DNA from: an uncultured virus (IMG/VR IMGVR_UViG_3300034108_002091)
Lineage: Duplodnaviria > Heunggongvirae > Uroviricota > Caudoviricetes
Virus record (IMG/VR): IMGVR_UViG_3300034108_002091
DNA length: 62,096 nucleotides
Direction: 5' to 3' (one strand)
Positions within the stretch are counted from its first letter, which is position 1. Each line of letters starts with the position of its first letter. Of this stretch, positions 51,024 through 61,444 are shown piece after piece. The notes under the pieces are model-generated. The model did no database searches. It was not told the DNA's origin and saw nothing but the letters and a program-made list of their open reading frames with translations. The translations under genes and the position numbers were made by a program.

Positions 51024-51493
51024 GTGTTCTGTTTTTTACTTTTTTTGAAAGATTTATTTTTCCCCCTTCGATTAGAGTGCAGCCCAAAAGCCCCACCCCC
51101 CTCGTCGGAGTCGAACCCGGTAGGGGGTTATGATTGGGGGGACCCACACACTTGTGGGCATGTAATATTTTCTCAGGAGTATGTTAAAACCGTTAACAGT
51201 TATATGCTAAGTGATGTCGAAAAGGTTGACATGAGATTTTGTTGGTGACGAAAATTTAGGGGGATTCGACATGATGGGATAAGTCTCCATAAGTGTGTTT
51301 TTGGCTAGGGATGTGGAGGGTTATAGTTGGCCAAAAGTGGGATGTTGAGTATGGATTTGGCTGAGTATAAAAAAGGCAAGGGTGGATACCCCTGCCGTCT
51401 GAATGTAAAAGGACACCTATGCGTGTGAAAATTAAAGGTATGAAATATTATTGGGATTGGTAATATTCATTATTTTTGGTGAAACCATAATTT
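51024..51493. other. Divergence region, candidate genome terminus or origin
   Basis: Gene orientation flips here; C runs and G runs at 51060-51160; C-rich left flank and G-rich right flank on the plus strand. Confidence 0.5.
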
Positions 51494-53843
51494 ATGAACG
51501 ATTCAATTAAGTCAGCTGACAATTTAGTGGGAAGCAGTCCTTATCCTAAGGGAGTATTTATTCACGGTTGTGTTGGACCAAACTTAACTAACGCTCATCA
51601 TGCAAAAAGCAAAGCGCTTACTGAACAATTGAAGCAAAGAGCAAAGGGAGTGGTAGATATGTTACTAGAGCACGTTGATAAGGCTGCGTCTACTGGTGAG
51701 ATGATGGTGAGAGTAATGGTTGAGAAGGAGCAGGTTGCTACTGGAGAGATTGACACTGCGGGTCTTTTGGTAGTGGAAAGAAATGCAATTTTAAGGGAGT
51801 TGATTAATCGCGGATTCCAGGGGACCATTTTTCTGCACGATACTCGCGTAGAGGTAAACATATACTGGTAGGTTATGACGGATCTTCAATTGTTTTACAT
51901 ACTGGTAGTGATCATCCTGATGATGGCGCTTGGATTTGTGCTGTTGCTGGGGCGAGTGGGCATGGGCTTTACGAAGCTTCACGACTCGATTTATGATGCC
52001 ATTACCCTCAGAGATACGAAGGACGGCATACCTCGGGATGAAATGGTATTGATGAATGTAAAGGCTTGTAAGGAACAGTTGATGAAGGATATCCAGAATC
52101 AGATCCGGTTGGGTTGCACAGGTTGTTATATTTCGGTCAATGTATTTGATCCGTCTATTAAGCCAATATATGTCGTAGAGCTGGTGCCACGAATTGATTA
52201 CTACCATAGGTGGTTGGTAGATTTGGGGTATACGGTAACCGAAGGTCATAGCGGACAGTTTGTTTCACTAAACATTAGATGGTAAACTTTTATGCCTAAA
52301 CTCAAACAGAACGTTATCAATTTGGCCGAGGATATAATGCTTACCATTGAATGTACATCATGTGGTGAGAGACATGGGGCTTGGAGTATATCTGTTGATG
52401 AATTTGAACTTGCAGCTGACTTGGATAAGGCAGGTTGGAAATCCAGAGGTTCCAGCACAAAATGCCCTAAATGTGTGCCTAAAAGAAAAGCGAAAAAATC
52501 TTGATGATGGAATTCAACACAGAAGATAGTACGATGCAGCATGTGCTGGGTCACATCCTGTTGGAGCTTCAGGTATTCCTGCGTGCCGAAACTGTACGCA
52601 TAGAATGCGAGATCCCGGAAGAAGCTTTCTACGATGTGGTCCAGCGCACCATCGCCGACTATAGCGCTGAAATTATTGTTGTACGCGATGATGGGGATGT
52701 AGATAAGGGGTTGAAGGAAATGGAATCCTTTACCATAAAGTTTGCATGGATTGGGAATTCAGAGGTAGTGCTGAAAAAAGGGGGGCCGGCTACGGCCGTA
52801 CCTTCTCTTCCTTCGCGTGATTTTACACCAGGAAACTTCTTGGAATGATAGTGGTAGAGAATGTATACGAGTACGGGGATATTGTTTACCTGAAGTCGGA
52901 TATAGAGCAGAAGCCGAGGATCGTTGTTGGGTTTCAGACTTATCCTCCTGGAGGGATCATTTATCTGGTGCGATCGGGAACATATGAGTCAGGTCATTAT
53001 GATCTGGAGCTTACAAAAGACAAACCAATTTTTTAATATGAAACAAATAGCATTATTTTTTATTCTGGCTTGCGTAGGGTGTGTCAACTTCGATGATCGC
53101 CAGAAGGATCTGCAGAAGAAATATCCTAAGGCAGTGATAACCCCGGCCACCAGTTTACTAGCCAACCAGGGGTATCAGTTTCTCATGGAGGATACTATTA
53201 ATAACCAGCTGTTTGCTGTAAGTTATTATACGTTCAGCACTAGCAAAATTTCCACTATTCGCAATGTCAAATAACATCAAGGTAGAACTAAGCAAAGAAG
53301 ATGCAATAGCGCTGGTTAAAGGCACTGGTGGTCCGGGAGCCTATGTTCATCCTTTTGATAAGTACGGAGAGATTACAGGGTTTCCCAATGAGCGTTGGGT
53401 ATGGAATGACAAGTACCTGAGTGTTATGTACACTCACCAGCTGTATGATCTATACCTAGAGCTGAAAAAATTCAAAAATGAATAGATCATTTTTTCTCAA
53501 ACTGCTTCCCGGCCTGTTCGCGGCCAAAGAAATTGCCCAAGAGATTAAGCCTACACCCCGTAAAGGATTTGTATTCCCAATGCCTGAGCGGGTAGAATGT
53601 ACTCCCCGGGTATCAGACGTATGGGTCAAGCTTGACGAAAATAATATTCCGATTCACCAGGTTTATGTTACTCAGGTTGATCCAAACAAAGAAGGGGATC
53701 CGTATTTATGTAAAGTGCATGTCATTGATTGGGACAATAATCACCCGGTAGAAATAATCTCACTTAAGGGATACTCTAAAGTGTCTTCGGTTGTAGGAGA
53801 ATATGATCCAGACTATAACGAATCCCCTACTCATCGGATTTAA
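51494..53843 (+). other. Small CDS array (51494-51871, 51875-52285, 52292-52504 Zn ribbon, 52501-52848, 52845-53036, 53038-53274 lipoprotein-like, 53264-53485, 53478-53843)
   Basis: Packed, coupled ORFs; CxxC pairs in 52292-52504; FFILACVGC lipobox-like at 53038. Confidence 0.65.
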
Positions 53844-53927
53844 TTAGCGTATTATATGTTTTACTTATTCGACATATATTTGCCAGTATGCGTTCAATCC
53901 ACTTTAAGTATTATATGATTATCAAAA

Positions 53928-53943
53928 CGTTTCCCGTGGAACA
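53928..53943. promoter_or_regulatory. parS-like site
   Basis: Reverse strand TGTTCCACGGGAAACG matches TGTTNCACGTGAAACA at 14 of 16 positions; intergenic. Confidence 0.5.
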
Positions 53944-53980
53944 TTGATGTGGAATATTATTAAACATAAAATTTTAAAAT

Positions 53981-55381
53981 ATGTCATTTTACGCACTCAA
54001 AGATTCGCAAGGGTTTCCTATTCCAGGAACAATGATAAAATCATTAAAAAATCCAGGAACCAACTATTTAAAACTGGGTAATTCAAAAAAATCATTTGTA
54101 CCTCCTTGTTTTTCAATAGATGGTGGTTATGGAACATCAAACGGTGCTTTTCTTGACTACATTATAAGAATAACAGATTATACTCCTGGTAAATATATTA
54201 TCAGTGGATTTTTTGAATCGCGACTTAACGCTGCAGGAAATCCTATCGGACCTGCTTGTAAAAACATGGCTGTTATTAATGAAGACGGAAGCGCTGATAA
54301 TACTTTTGTTTCAAGAATAAACACGCCATTTAACGTATCTAGGGTTATTCAATTACTACCCCTCCCCGATGGAAAAGTATTCGTTGAAAATAGAACTACT
54401 ACTACAACTCTAAATTATGATGGTGCTTTAAGAAGTACTTGCTTTTTTAGAGTTAACGCTAACGGTACTTATGATTCAACGTTTGTCGTTCCTCCTAACT
54501 TTGACGTGATGGCGCCATTGACAGCATTGGTATTACTAAATAGCGGTAAATATCTAATTGCAGGAAGCACCAACTCAAACATCATGGTTCTGAATACAAA
54601 CGGTAGCATTGATGTGAACAATGCAATAAATTTCGGAGGGATCCTTCCAAAAATTATCAAGCTGGCAAACGGAAAGCTTATCGCATACGGAACATTTACT
54701 ACTGCTAACGGCCAATCTTACAATCGGATTGCTCGTTTTAATACTGATTTGACTATCGATACAAGCTTTACTATAGGAACAGGATTTAATAACACTGTCA
54801 CTATCGTAAAAGAGATAGAAAATGGTCAGCTCATAATATCCGGTAGTTTTAGTCAATACAATGGCACCACCGTTAGCCCGCTTATCATCCTCAACGAAGA
54901 CGGATCTTTAGATCCTACATTCAGAATTTCAGGATTGTTTACTAACCGGCCTTTAGACATTGAAAAAATAGGTTCCAGATATCTTCTTTCTGGACTTACC
55001 AATTTTGGTAATTTTAAAACTGTTCCTCCCATTGTTGCTATTACTGAAAAAGGTGACTATGACGAAGAATTTAAAGTAGCCGATATTACCAACGGCTCTA
55101 GCGATACTACTATTTATAAATTCACAAAAGCCGCAAACAATAAGCTATTTATAGCCGGGGAATTTTCAAAAGTAAATGACAAATTTCAACGATCTATCAC
55201 GCGAATAGATGAAGATGGAGATCCGGACTTTTGTGATGTTAAAAAAAGCGAACTGCGCCATCCAAAAGGGTTAAGGTTTTTTGTCAAAAAAGCACCCACC
55301 GGAGATTATGTACCTAATTCTCTGATAGCAAGTAAGACATCTCCTCACCATAGTTACGATGAAATCAAAGTAGTTCGATAA
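53981..55381 (+). CDS. Delta-60 repeat beta-propeller protein
   Basis: Repeated GK...G.F..YNG....I..LN.DG..D.TF modules. Confidence 0.85.
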   Translation: MSFYALKDSQGFPIPGTMIKSLKNPGTNYLKLGNSKKSFVPPCFSIDGGYGTSNGAFLDYIIRITDYTPGKYIISGFFESRLNAAGNPIGPACKNMAVINEDGSADNTFVSRINTPFNVSRVIQLLPLPDGKVFVENRTTTTTLNYDGALRSTCFFRVNANGTYDSTFVVPPNFDVMAPLTALVLLNSGKYLIAGSTNSNIMVLNTNGSIDVNNAINFGGILPKIIKLANGKLIAYGTFTTANGQSYNRIARFNTDLTIDTSFTIGTGFNNTVTIVKEIENGQLIISGSFSQYNGTTVSPLIILNEDGSLDPTFRISGLFTNRPLDIEKIGSRYLLSGLTNFGNFKTVPPIVAITEKGDYDEEFKVADITNGSSDTTIYKFTKAANNKLFIAGEFSKVNDKFQRSITRIDEDGDPDFCDVKKSELRHPKGLRFFVKKAPTGDYVPNSLIASKTSPHHSYDEIKVVR

Positions 55382-55436
55382 CTGAGTAGATCTAAAAACT
55401 CGGTTATATATTATTGTTTTGACTACTTTTGCTTAT

Positions 55437-55854
55437 ATGAGCAAAACCAATCAAATGGACCTACCCTGGCGAATTATAAGAATCATCGCGTCACAATATA
55501 AGAAAGAACCTGTCAGTGCCAGCGAATATGAGGATACAAAAAAGGCATTTCCTCAATACTGGAATAGCATTGGCGAGTTTGATCCCTATTTCAAGAGACG
55601 CAATTTAATTCTCAATTTCTTCCGGGGTTATGCCAATGCAATTCGCAGGAAACGGAGCATTGATAAAATCATGTGTTACGCTAAATCCAAAAATCATGGC
55701 ACTTCCCGTAGAGACGTTATTCGTCGCTCATAATGGACAAATGCAAATTGTCCGATTTGATACTTACCGTCAATCTTATTGTCTGTATGAAGTTATAGGG
55801 GTAACGCTAAATGACTTTGCGTATCGCTTTGTTCAAAAATTAAAACTACGATGA
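55437..55854 (+). other. Two small CDS (55437-55733, 55696-55854)
   Basis: Downstream of a TACTTTTG promoter-like motif; coupled to the DUF1800 start. Confidence 0.5.
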
Positions 55855-57443
55855 TCACAAAATATACTGGTCCTTGGGGTAAAAAACAATTGAACCATTT
55901 ACTTCGTAGATGTTTGTTTGGCGTTTCAATTGCCGACATGACATATTTTTCTGGTAAGACTATGGACGAGGTAGTTGATCTTTTAACAACAATGAGTAAT
56001 ACCTACCCTCCATTACCATTAAAAGATTATACTGACGAAGAAACACCCCCTGGAGATCCTGATTTGTCAATTGCCCTAGGTGAAACATGGATGACTGTAC
56101 GTACCAATACATCAGCAGTAAATTCAAGACGTAGAGATTCACTTCGCAGATGGTGGGCAGGGGTAATACTTAACCAAGATAGAACAATCAGGGAAAAAAT
56201 GGTTTTGTTCTGGAACAATCATTTTGGAACAGGGGCCACTTTTGTAAATTCTGGGAGAGCAATGTATAAACATATCCATTTGTTCAGACAACATCCTTTT
56301 GGTGACTTTAAGTTTTTATGTACTGAAATCACTAAAGATCCCGCAATGTTATATATGCTTAATGGGTGGTTGTCAACAAAATATGCTCCAGATGAAAACT
56401 ACGCTCGGGAACTTCAAGAACTTTTTACTTTAGGTAAAGAAAATGTGCCCAACTATACAGAGTCAGATATTAAAGCTGCAGCTCGTCTTTTGACAGGATG
56501 GAAACAAGATGCTGGTAACAACACTTCATACTTTGATGTAAACGATCATGATGTTCAAAACAAACAGTTTTCTTCGTTTTATAACAATAGAATTATTACC
56601 GGAAGAACAGGTCCCGAAGCAGGAGACCTTGAACTTAACGAGTTGATTGATATGATCTTTGACAAACAGCTGGAAGTATCCAGATTTATTGTTGAAAAAA
56701 TCTATCGATGGTTTGTTACTTATAACATTTCGGCAGAAGTAAGAACCGAAGTAATTGATCCTTTAAGACAACTACTTATTGTCAACAACTGGGATATCAA
56801 ACCGGTTATTGTTGCGTTATTGACTTCTGATCATTTTTATACGGATAATGTTGTTGGTGCAATGATCAAGAGTCCTGTGGATCTTGTGTTTGGTCTATTC
56901 AAAGAATTTAACCTGGTATTTCCCACAACAGGCGATGTTACGATTGTATATGAGTTTTGGAGTAAGGGTCAGCGATTTGCAAGAGATCAAGGTCAAAATT
57001 TAGCTGACCCACCAGATATTGCAGGCTGGCAACCTTACTATCAAACACCAACCTACTATCATCTATGGATAAACTCTGATACATATTCAAAACGAAATGC
57101 TTTTGGGAAAGAAGCTATACAAGCAGGATTCTCAAAAGATGGTATTCAAATTAGTACGAATGTAATTGGTTTGGCAAAAACGTTTTCTGCTCCATCAAAT
57201 CCCAACATTTTAATTGATGATGCTATAAGTCTATTGTTTACCCTTCCATTAGATGCAAGTTCTAAGCAGCAAATAAAATCAGATATTTTATTGTTGGGTC
57301 AATCTAACGATAACTATTGGTCCAATGCTTGGAACAGTCATATAGCAAACCCAAATAATACTGGAACTAAAAATTTTGTAGAAGGCAGGTTGTTTGAACT
57401 GTTTACATACCTCACTACTCTACCGGAGTATCAATTAATGTAA
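55851..57443 (+). CDS. DUF1800 family protein
   Basis: HLLRRCLFG, IREKMVLFWNNHF, PAMLYMLNG, PDENYARELQELFTLG, AARLLTGW, IKSPVD, PPDIAGW, WINS, LPEYQL. Confidence 0.92.
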   Translation: MITKYTGPWGKKQLNHLLRRCLFGVSIADMTYFSGKTMDEVVDLLTTMSNTYPPLPLKDYTDEETPPGDPDLSIALGETWMTVRTNTSAVNSRRRDSLRRWWAGVILNQDRTIREKMVLFWNNHFGTGATFVNSGRAMYKHIHLFRQHPFGDFKFLCTEITKDPAMLYMLNGWLSTKYAPDENYARELQELFTLGKENVPNYTESDIKAAARLLTGWKQDAGNNTSYFDVNDHDVQNKQFSSFYNNRIITGRTGPEAGDLELNELIDMIFDKQLEVSRFIVEKIYRWFVTYNISAEVRTEVIDPLRQLLIVNNWDIKPVIVALLTSDHFYTDNVVGAMIKSPVDLVFGLFKEFNLVFPTTGDVTIVYEFWSKGQRFARDQGQNLADPPDIAGWQPYYQTPTYYHLWINSDTYSKRNAFGKEAIQAGFSKDGIQISTNVIGLAKTFSAPSNPNILIDDAISLLFTLPLDASSKQQIKSDILLLGQSNDNYWSNAWNSHIANPNNTGTKNFVEGRLFELFTYLTTLPEYQLM

Positions 57444-57444
57444 A

Positions 57445-59022
57445 ATGAAAAGACGAGATTTTATAAAAGGAATATTACCTACAACGATGACTCCTTTCTT
57501 TATGAATGGAATGAATATTCGTCCCGTCTTGCTTTCTTCTCCTATTTTTCAATCATTACTCAATACTCAAGGTGCCAACAATGATAATGTATTGGTGATT
57601 GTTCAGCTTAATGGAGGAAACGATGGGTTAAATACTGTTATCCCAATAAATCAATATGCACAGTATTTAAGTGCGAGGCCAAACGTGGCAATTCCTCAAG
57701 ACAGGATTCTCGGACTTAACGGTACTTCAGAAATAGGCTTTCATCCTGCAATGACAGGAATGCGAGATTTATTCAACGAAGGTCAGTTGTCAATTATTCA
57801 GTCTGCAGGATATGCGGTTCCTAATTTTTCTCATTTTAGAGCAACCGATATTTGGATGACAGCAAGTGATTCGGGGCAGTATTTAAAAACAGGATGGGCT
57901 GGTAGATACTTAGATGAAGTTTATCAAGGATTTCCTACAGGGTATCCCAATGACAATATGCCAGATCCTTTAGCTATTCAGATAGGATCGATTCCTTCTC
58001 TTCTCACCCAGGGTAATAGGATGAATCTGGCAATGACAATCACCAATGTAAATAGCTTTTATGAATTAGTAAACGGTGTAGAAGCACCTGCACCAAATAA
58101 TTTTGCCGGAGCAGAATTAACCTTCGTTCGGATTATAGCCCGTCAAACCCAACTATATACCAATTCAATTAAAAATGCAGCGCAGGCGGTTGTTCAACAG
58201 GTAACTTATCCTGATAACATTTTGGCAGCGCAGCTTAAAATTGTAGCCAGGCTTATTAAAGGCGGGCTGAAAACAAAAATTTACATTGTTTCTCTTGGAG
58301 GTTTTGATACCCATTCTCTTCAGGTATCTAATTTGGATGTGACCTTAGGGGCTCATGCTAATCTGCTAAACGATTTATCATCTTCAATTAAAGCTTTTCA
58401 GAACGATTTATTTTTCCTCGGGATTCAAGATCGTGTGTTGGGCATGACGTTCTCTGAGTTTGGCAGACGTATTAAATCGAATCAGAGCGGAGGAACAGAT
58501 CATGGATGGGCGGCTCCAATGTTTGTTTTTGGAAACAAAGCAAAAGCCGGCATTATAGGAAATACGCCAATTCTTCCAGCCTCAGCTACGGTAGAAGATA
58601 ACCTTCCTTATCAGTTTGATTATCGTACGGTCTATGCAAGCATGTTACAAAACTGGCTGTGTTCAGGTCAAAGTGTTTCTCAAACAGTATTGAACGATAC
58701 CAATTTTACTACCCTGCCTGTGGTGGAAAATGGTGTTTGCAACCCTGTTCCTCCCCCGCCAAACGAATCTGTCATTGTTGAGCCGCAACCGTTCAGTGAT
58801 TATACGGCCATTACAGTCAAATCTACAGGGGGTTATGTCAACCTGAGAGTACAGACAGACCAGGGACAGATCGTGGAAACATTGATAGATAAAACACTCA
58901 GGGCAGGCTACCATAAAGTAATGATTTGTACGACCAACTATGCCCCTGGAACTTATACCGTTCGATTTGAAAATAACGGCCTTATCGTTACAAGTACCAT
59001 AACGAAAAACAGCTTTTATTAA
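57445..59022 (+). CDS. DUF1501 family protein with Tat-like leader and T9SS-like C-terminal domain
   Basis: MKRRDFIK leader; QLNGGNDGLNTVIP, FSHFRA, GWAGR, GGFDTH, FSEFGRR, GTDHG, DYRTVYA; C-terminal PQPF..V.TL..G.H....GTY.VRF. Confidence 0.92.
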   Translation: MKRRDFIKGILPTTMTPFFMNGMNIRPVLLSSPIFQSLLNTQGANNDNVLVIVQLNGGNDGLNTVIPINQYAQYLSARPNVAIPQDRILGLNGTSEIGFHPAMTGMRDLFNEGQLSIIQSAGYAVPNFSHFRATDIWMTASDSGQYLKTGWAGRYLDEVYQGFPTGYPNDNMPDPLAIQIGSIPSLLTQGNRMNLAMTITNVNSFYELVNGVEAPAPNNFAGAELTFVRIIARQTQLYTNSIKNAAQAVVQQVTYPDNILAAQLKIVARLIKGGLKTKIYIVSLGGFDTHSLQVSNLDVTLGAHANLLNDLSSSIKAFQNDLFFLGIQDRVLGMTFSEFGRRIKSNQSGGTDHGWAAPMFVFGNKAKAGIIGNTPILPASATVEDNLPYQFDYRTVYASMLQNWLCSGQSVSQTVLNDTNFTTLPVVENGVCNPVPPPPNESVIVEPQPFSDYTAITVKSTGGYVNLRVQTDQGQIVETLIDKTLRAGYHKVMICTTNYAPGTYTVRFENNGLIVTSTITKNSFY

Positions 59023-59033
59023 AGTTTGATGCG

Positions 59034-59282
59034 ATGGGACATAAAATCTTTCCGCCTAACTATTGTGGTAAAAAGTTATTTTCTTCTCAGAAGTCAGCTG
59101 AGAATAAACTTCGGGTTATTCAAAATGATCGAAAGTCGGAAAGAAAACCTATCAGGGCCTACTATTGCAGTAAATGCAACGGTTGGCACCTTACCCATAA
59201 GCCCAAGATGGGAGAAGGGCCAGCGCAGGTGCCGCTGGAATCATACAATCCCCGCTGGGAAAATCTGTTGAAGAAAGATTAA
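59034..59282 (+). CDS. Small Zn-binding phage protein
   Basis: CGKKLFSS..A..RAYYCSKCNGWHLT. Confidence 0.7.
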   Translation: MGHKIFPPNYCGKKLFSSQKSAENKLRVIQNDRKSERKPIRAYYCSKCNGWHLTHKPKMGEGPAQVPLESYNPRWENLLKKD

Positions 59283-59335
59283 ATACTGACAGTTTCGGGG
59301 ATAACTTGTTGATTACCATAGTTTTCAAAAGCCGC

Positions 59336-59381
59336 TCATGAAAGTTCATGAATTATTTATTATCTTAATGTACTTACATTA
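59336..59381. promoter_or_regulatory. Two 7-2-7 palindromes upstream of the ArsR gene
   Basis: TCATGAA-AG-TTCATGA (59336-59351) and TAATGTA-CT-TACATTA (59366-59381). Confidence 0.5.
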
Positions 59382-59421
59382 GTCAATTACCGTATTTTTA
59401 CGCTAACTAAAACCGATTAAA

Positions 59422-59766
59422 ATGTCAGTACTCAAAAAACCAAAAGAGTTACAGACGTTGCATTTCAGTGATGGCAAGCTGAGTATGAACCTGAACTCTC
59501 TCCAGCAGTTTGCTACTTTGGGCAGGCAGTTGAACAACAAACCGCGCCAGCAGGTGCTTTTAGCCCTAGAACGAAACAGCGGAATGACCGTTACCGATTT
59601 ATTCAATCTGCTTAAGTGGGACCAGTCTTATACGTCCCAAATGCTTAGGGATCTGAAAAATTCGGGACTGGTTACTTCCGAACGGGATGGACATTTTGTT
59701 TTGTATTCTGTAAACAAAGCTTTACTTTTGGAAGTCAGAAAATTCCTTGTAAACATCTACGAATAG
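59422..59766 (+). CDS. ArsR-family winged-HTH regulator
   Basis: LNNKPRQQVL..MTVTDL..QSYTSQMLRDLKNSGLVTSERDGHFVLYSVN. Confidence 0.88.
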   Translation: MSVLKKPKELQTLHFSDGKLSMNLNSLQQFATLGRQLNNKPRQQVLLALERNSGMTVTDLFNLLKWDQSYTSQMLRDLKNSGLVTSERDGHFVLYSVNKALLLEVRKFLVNIYE

Positions 59767-59783
59767 TACTTACCCGTTACAAA

Positions 59784-59810
59784 GAGCCTCCCTTGCCGGG
59801 GGGCTTTTTT
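59784..59810 (+). terminator. Intrinsic terminator
   Basis: AGCCTCCC-TTGCC-GGGGGGCT followed by TTTTT. Confidence 0.8.
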
Positions 59811-59869
59811 GTTGGAAAAAATAATATTGCCAGTATTAGTAATTCTCATAATCTTCCCTATCTTTATCT

Positions 59870-60040
59870 CCCAAAGGAGCCCTTGCGTTGAAAATGATCA
59901 GCGCTGAGGTCTGCCGCTGCCACGTAAACTATGTTGAAGCAGCGGTGCTTTGTGGTAACGCACACGATTTTGCCGGTTGAACGACATCAACCAGGAACTA
60001 ACTCGAAGGGACGCGGAATGCGGGGGCCTTTGGTTGGGTG
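59870..60040 (+). ncRNA. Candidate small structured RNA
   Basis: Closing stem CCAAAGG/CCTTTGG encloses three hairpins; TATCTTTA promoter-like motif just upstream. Confidence 0.45.
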
Positions 60041-60219
60041 TAAAACGAAAGAGATTACGGATTACATGGTTTTTGGAGGGTCAAAACAGAAGGGCGTAGT
60101 GTTTTCTGTAATATAATACGCTTTTCCCTTGGATAGATTAGAATTATCCCAACCCTTAAGTAATTCAAGTTGAGTATACACGCGTGTGCGTGCGCGCGAG
60201 GAAACTGTAAAACCATTTT

Positions 60220-60932
60220 ATGAATAAACAAGAACGTGAAAACATTGGACTTAACTGGGCTGTAATAGCTGTTGGTGGGTTCATGATTACTTTTCTCATC
60301 GGTATGGCTTTTGTTAAAGGAAATGCTATCAATGCAGCTCCTTGGTTAAATAAAGCTCTTTGCGGAATTCTGCTTGCAGGTCAGGCATATTGGCTGTATT
60401 TGAACATCAAAGGCAAAGTATGGTTGTCTAGCAATCATATCCTGAATACCATTTTCAAAATCGTTATCACTATTGGTATTGCAGCATTGGCATTTACGAT
60501 TTTGACTGTATGGCACTCAGGCGCAATCGGAACTTCAACCAACCCTGTGAAGCCATGACCATTTTGAGCTTTCTGCCTTTGCTGTTGATTATCCTTGCAG
60601 CGGTATGTAACGCTGTGATGGACAGGATCGATGATGAAAACATTCACGATTCGATCTGGAAAGGATCTAACTGGGAATGGTGGTATAAGCGCGAATCCTG
60701 GGATAATGCAAAAAAGATTTTTGGCTGGAAGTATGATGGCTGGCATGTGTTTAAATCGGCGATGATCGTATTTTTGATTTCGGCCATTGTCATTGCCTAC
60801 TACGCAGGTCCGCTGTTTAAGTTTGGCACTACCTGGCAAATGATCGGATTACAGATCATCTTTTACGGCTTCGTTTGGAATGGCACATTTAACCTTTTCT
60901 ACGATGGTGTCTTCAAGCGCAAGGCAAAATAA
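60220..60932 (+). other. Two membrane protein CDS (60220-60558, 60555-60932)
   Basis: Multiple TM helices; the second has AVCNAVMD..DGWHVFK. Confidence 0.7.
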
Positions 60933-60955
60933 CCCCTACCTGAAATACGACCGAT

Positions 60956-60985
60956 GCAGCCCTGACCAACCCGGTCAGGGCTTTT
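60956..60985 (+). terminator. Intrinsic terminator
   Basis: GCCCTGACC-AACCC-GGTCAGGGC followed by TTTT. Confidence 0.8.
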
Positions 60986-61030
60986 GGTTAATACATTGTG
61001 CAAATATGTAATTTTCATTATTTTTGGGTA

Positions 61031-61327
61031 ATGCTATCTTCGATCCAGACATATCGCTACCGATTTGCAAATCATCCGGATCCAGCGATTCGGTTATTGG
61101 TGCGTGTGCTGGGAGATATTGATAATACTATTTCGCCAGATTACCAGACCAATATAGACGAGCAGGGAGATTTTCTGTACATCGGGAAGTCTGTTCCAGG
61201 GACATCGGAAGGGGAAGAGAAATGGCAGATAAAGCGACTTCAGATATCTACGGTGGAGATCCGCTATGCAGAAGCCAAAGCTGAATTTATTTACTCATGG
61301 GATACCCGCGCAACTTATACCTACTAA
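61031..61327 (+). CDS. Small virion-associated-type protein
   Basis: YIGKSVPGT....WQIKR..YA....F...WD.RA.Y.Y, a pattern common beside phage tail genes. Confidence 0.65.
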   Translation: MLSSIQTYRYRFANHPDPAIRLLVRVLGDIDNTISPDYQTNIDEQGDFLYIGKSVPGTSEGEEKWQIKRLQISTVEIRYAEAKAEFIYSWDTRATYTY

Positions 61328-61444
61328 TGGCAACTATTTCGACAAATACGAGCACAAGTAAAAAATATCTACGAAAGTATTTAAACATAATGATTCAGAT
61401 AATTTAAGAACAATAAAAATAACAATTTAAAAGAAGTTCAATAA

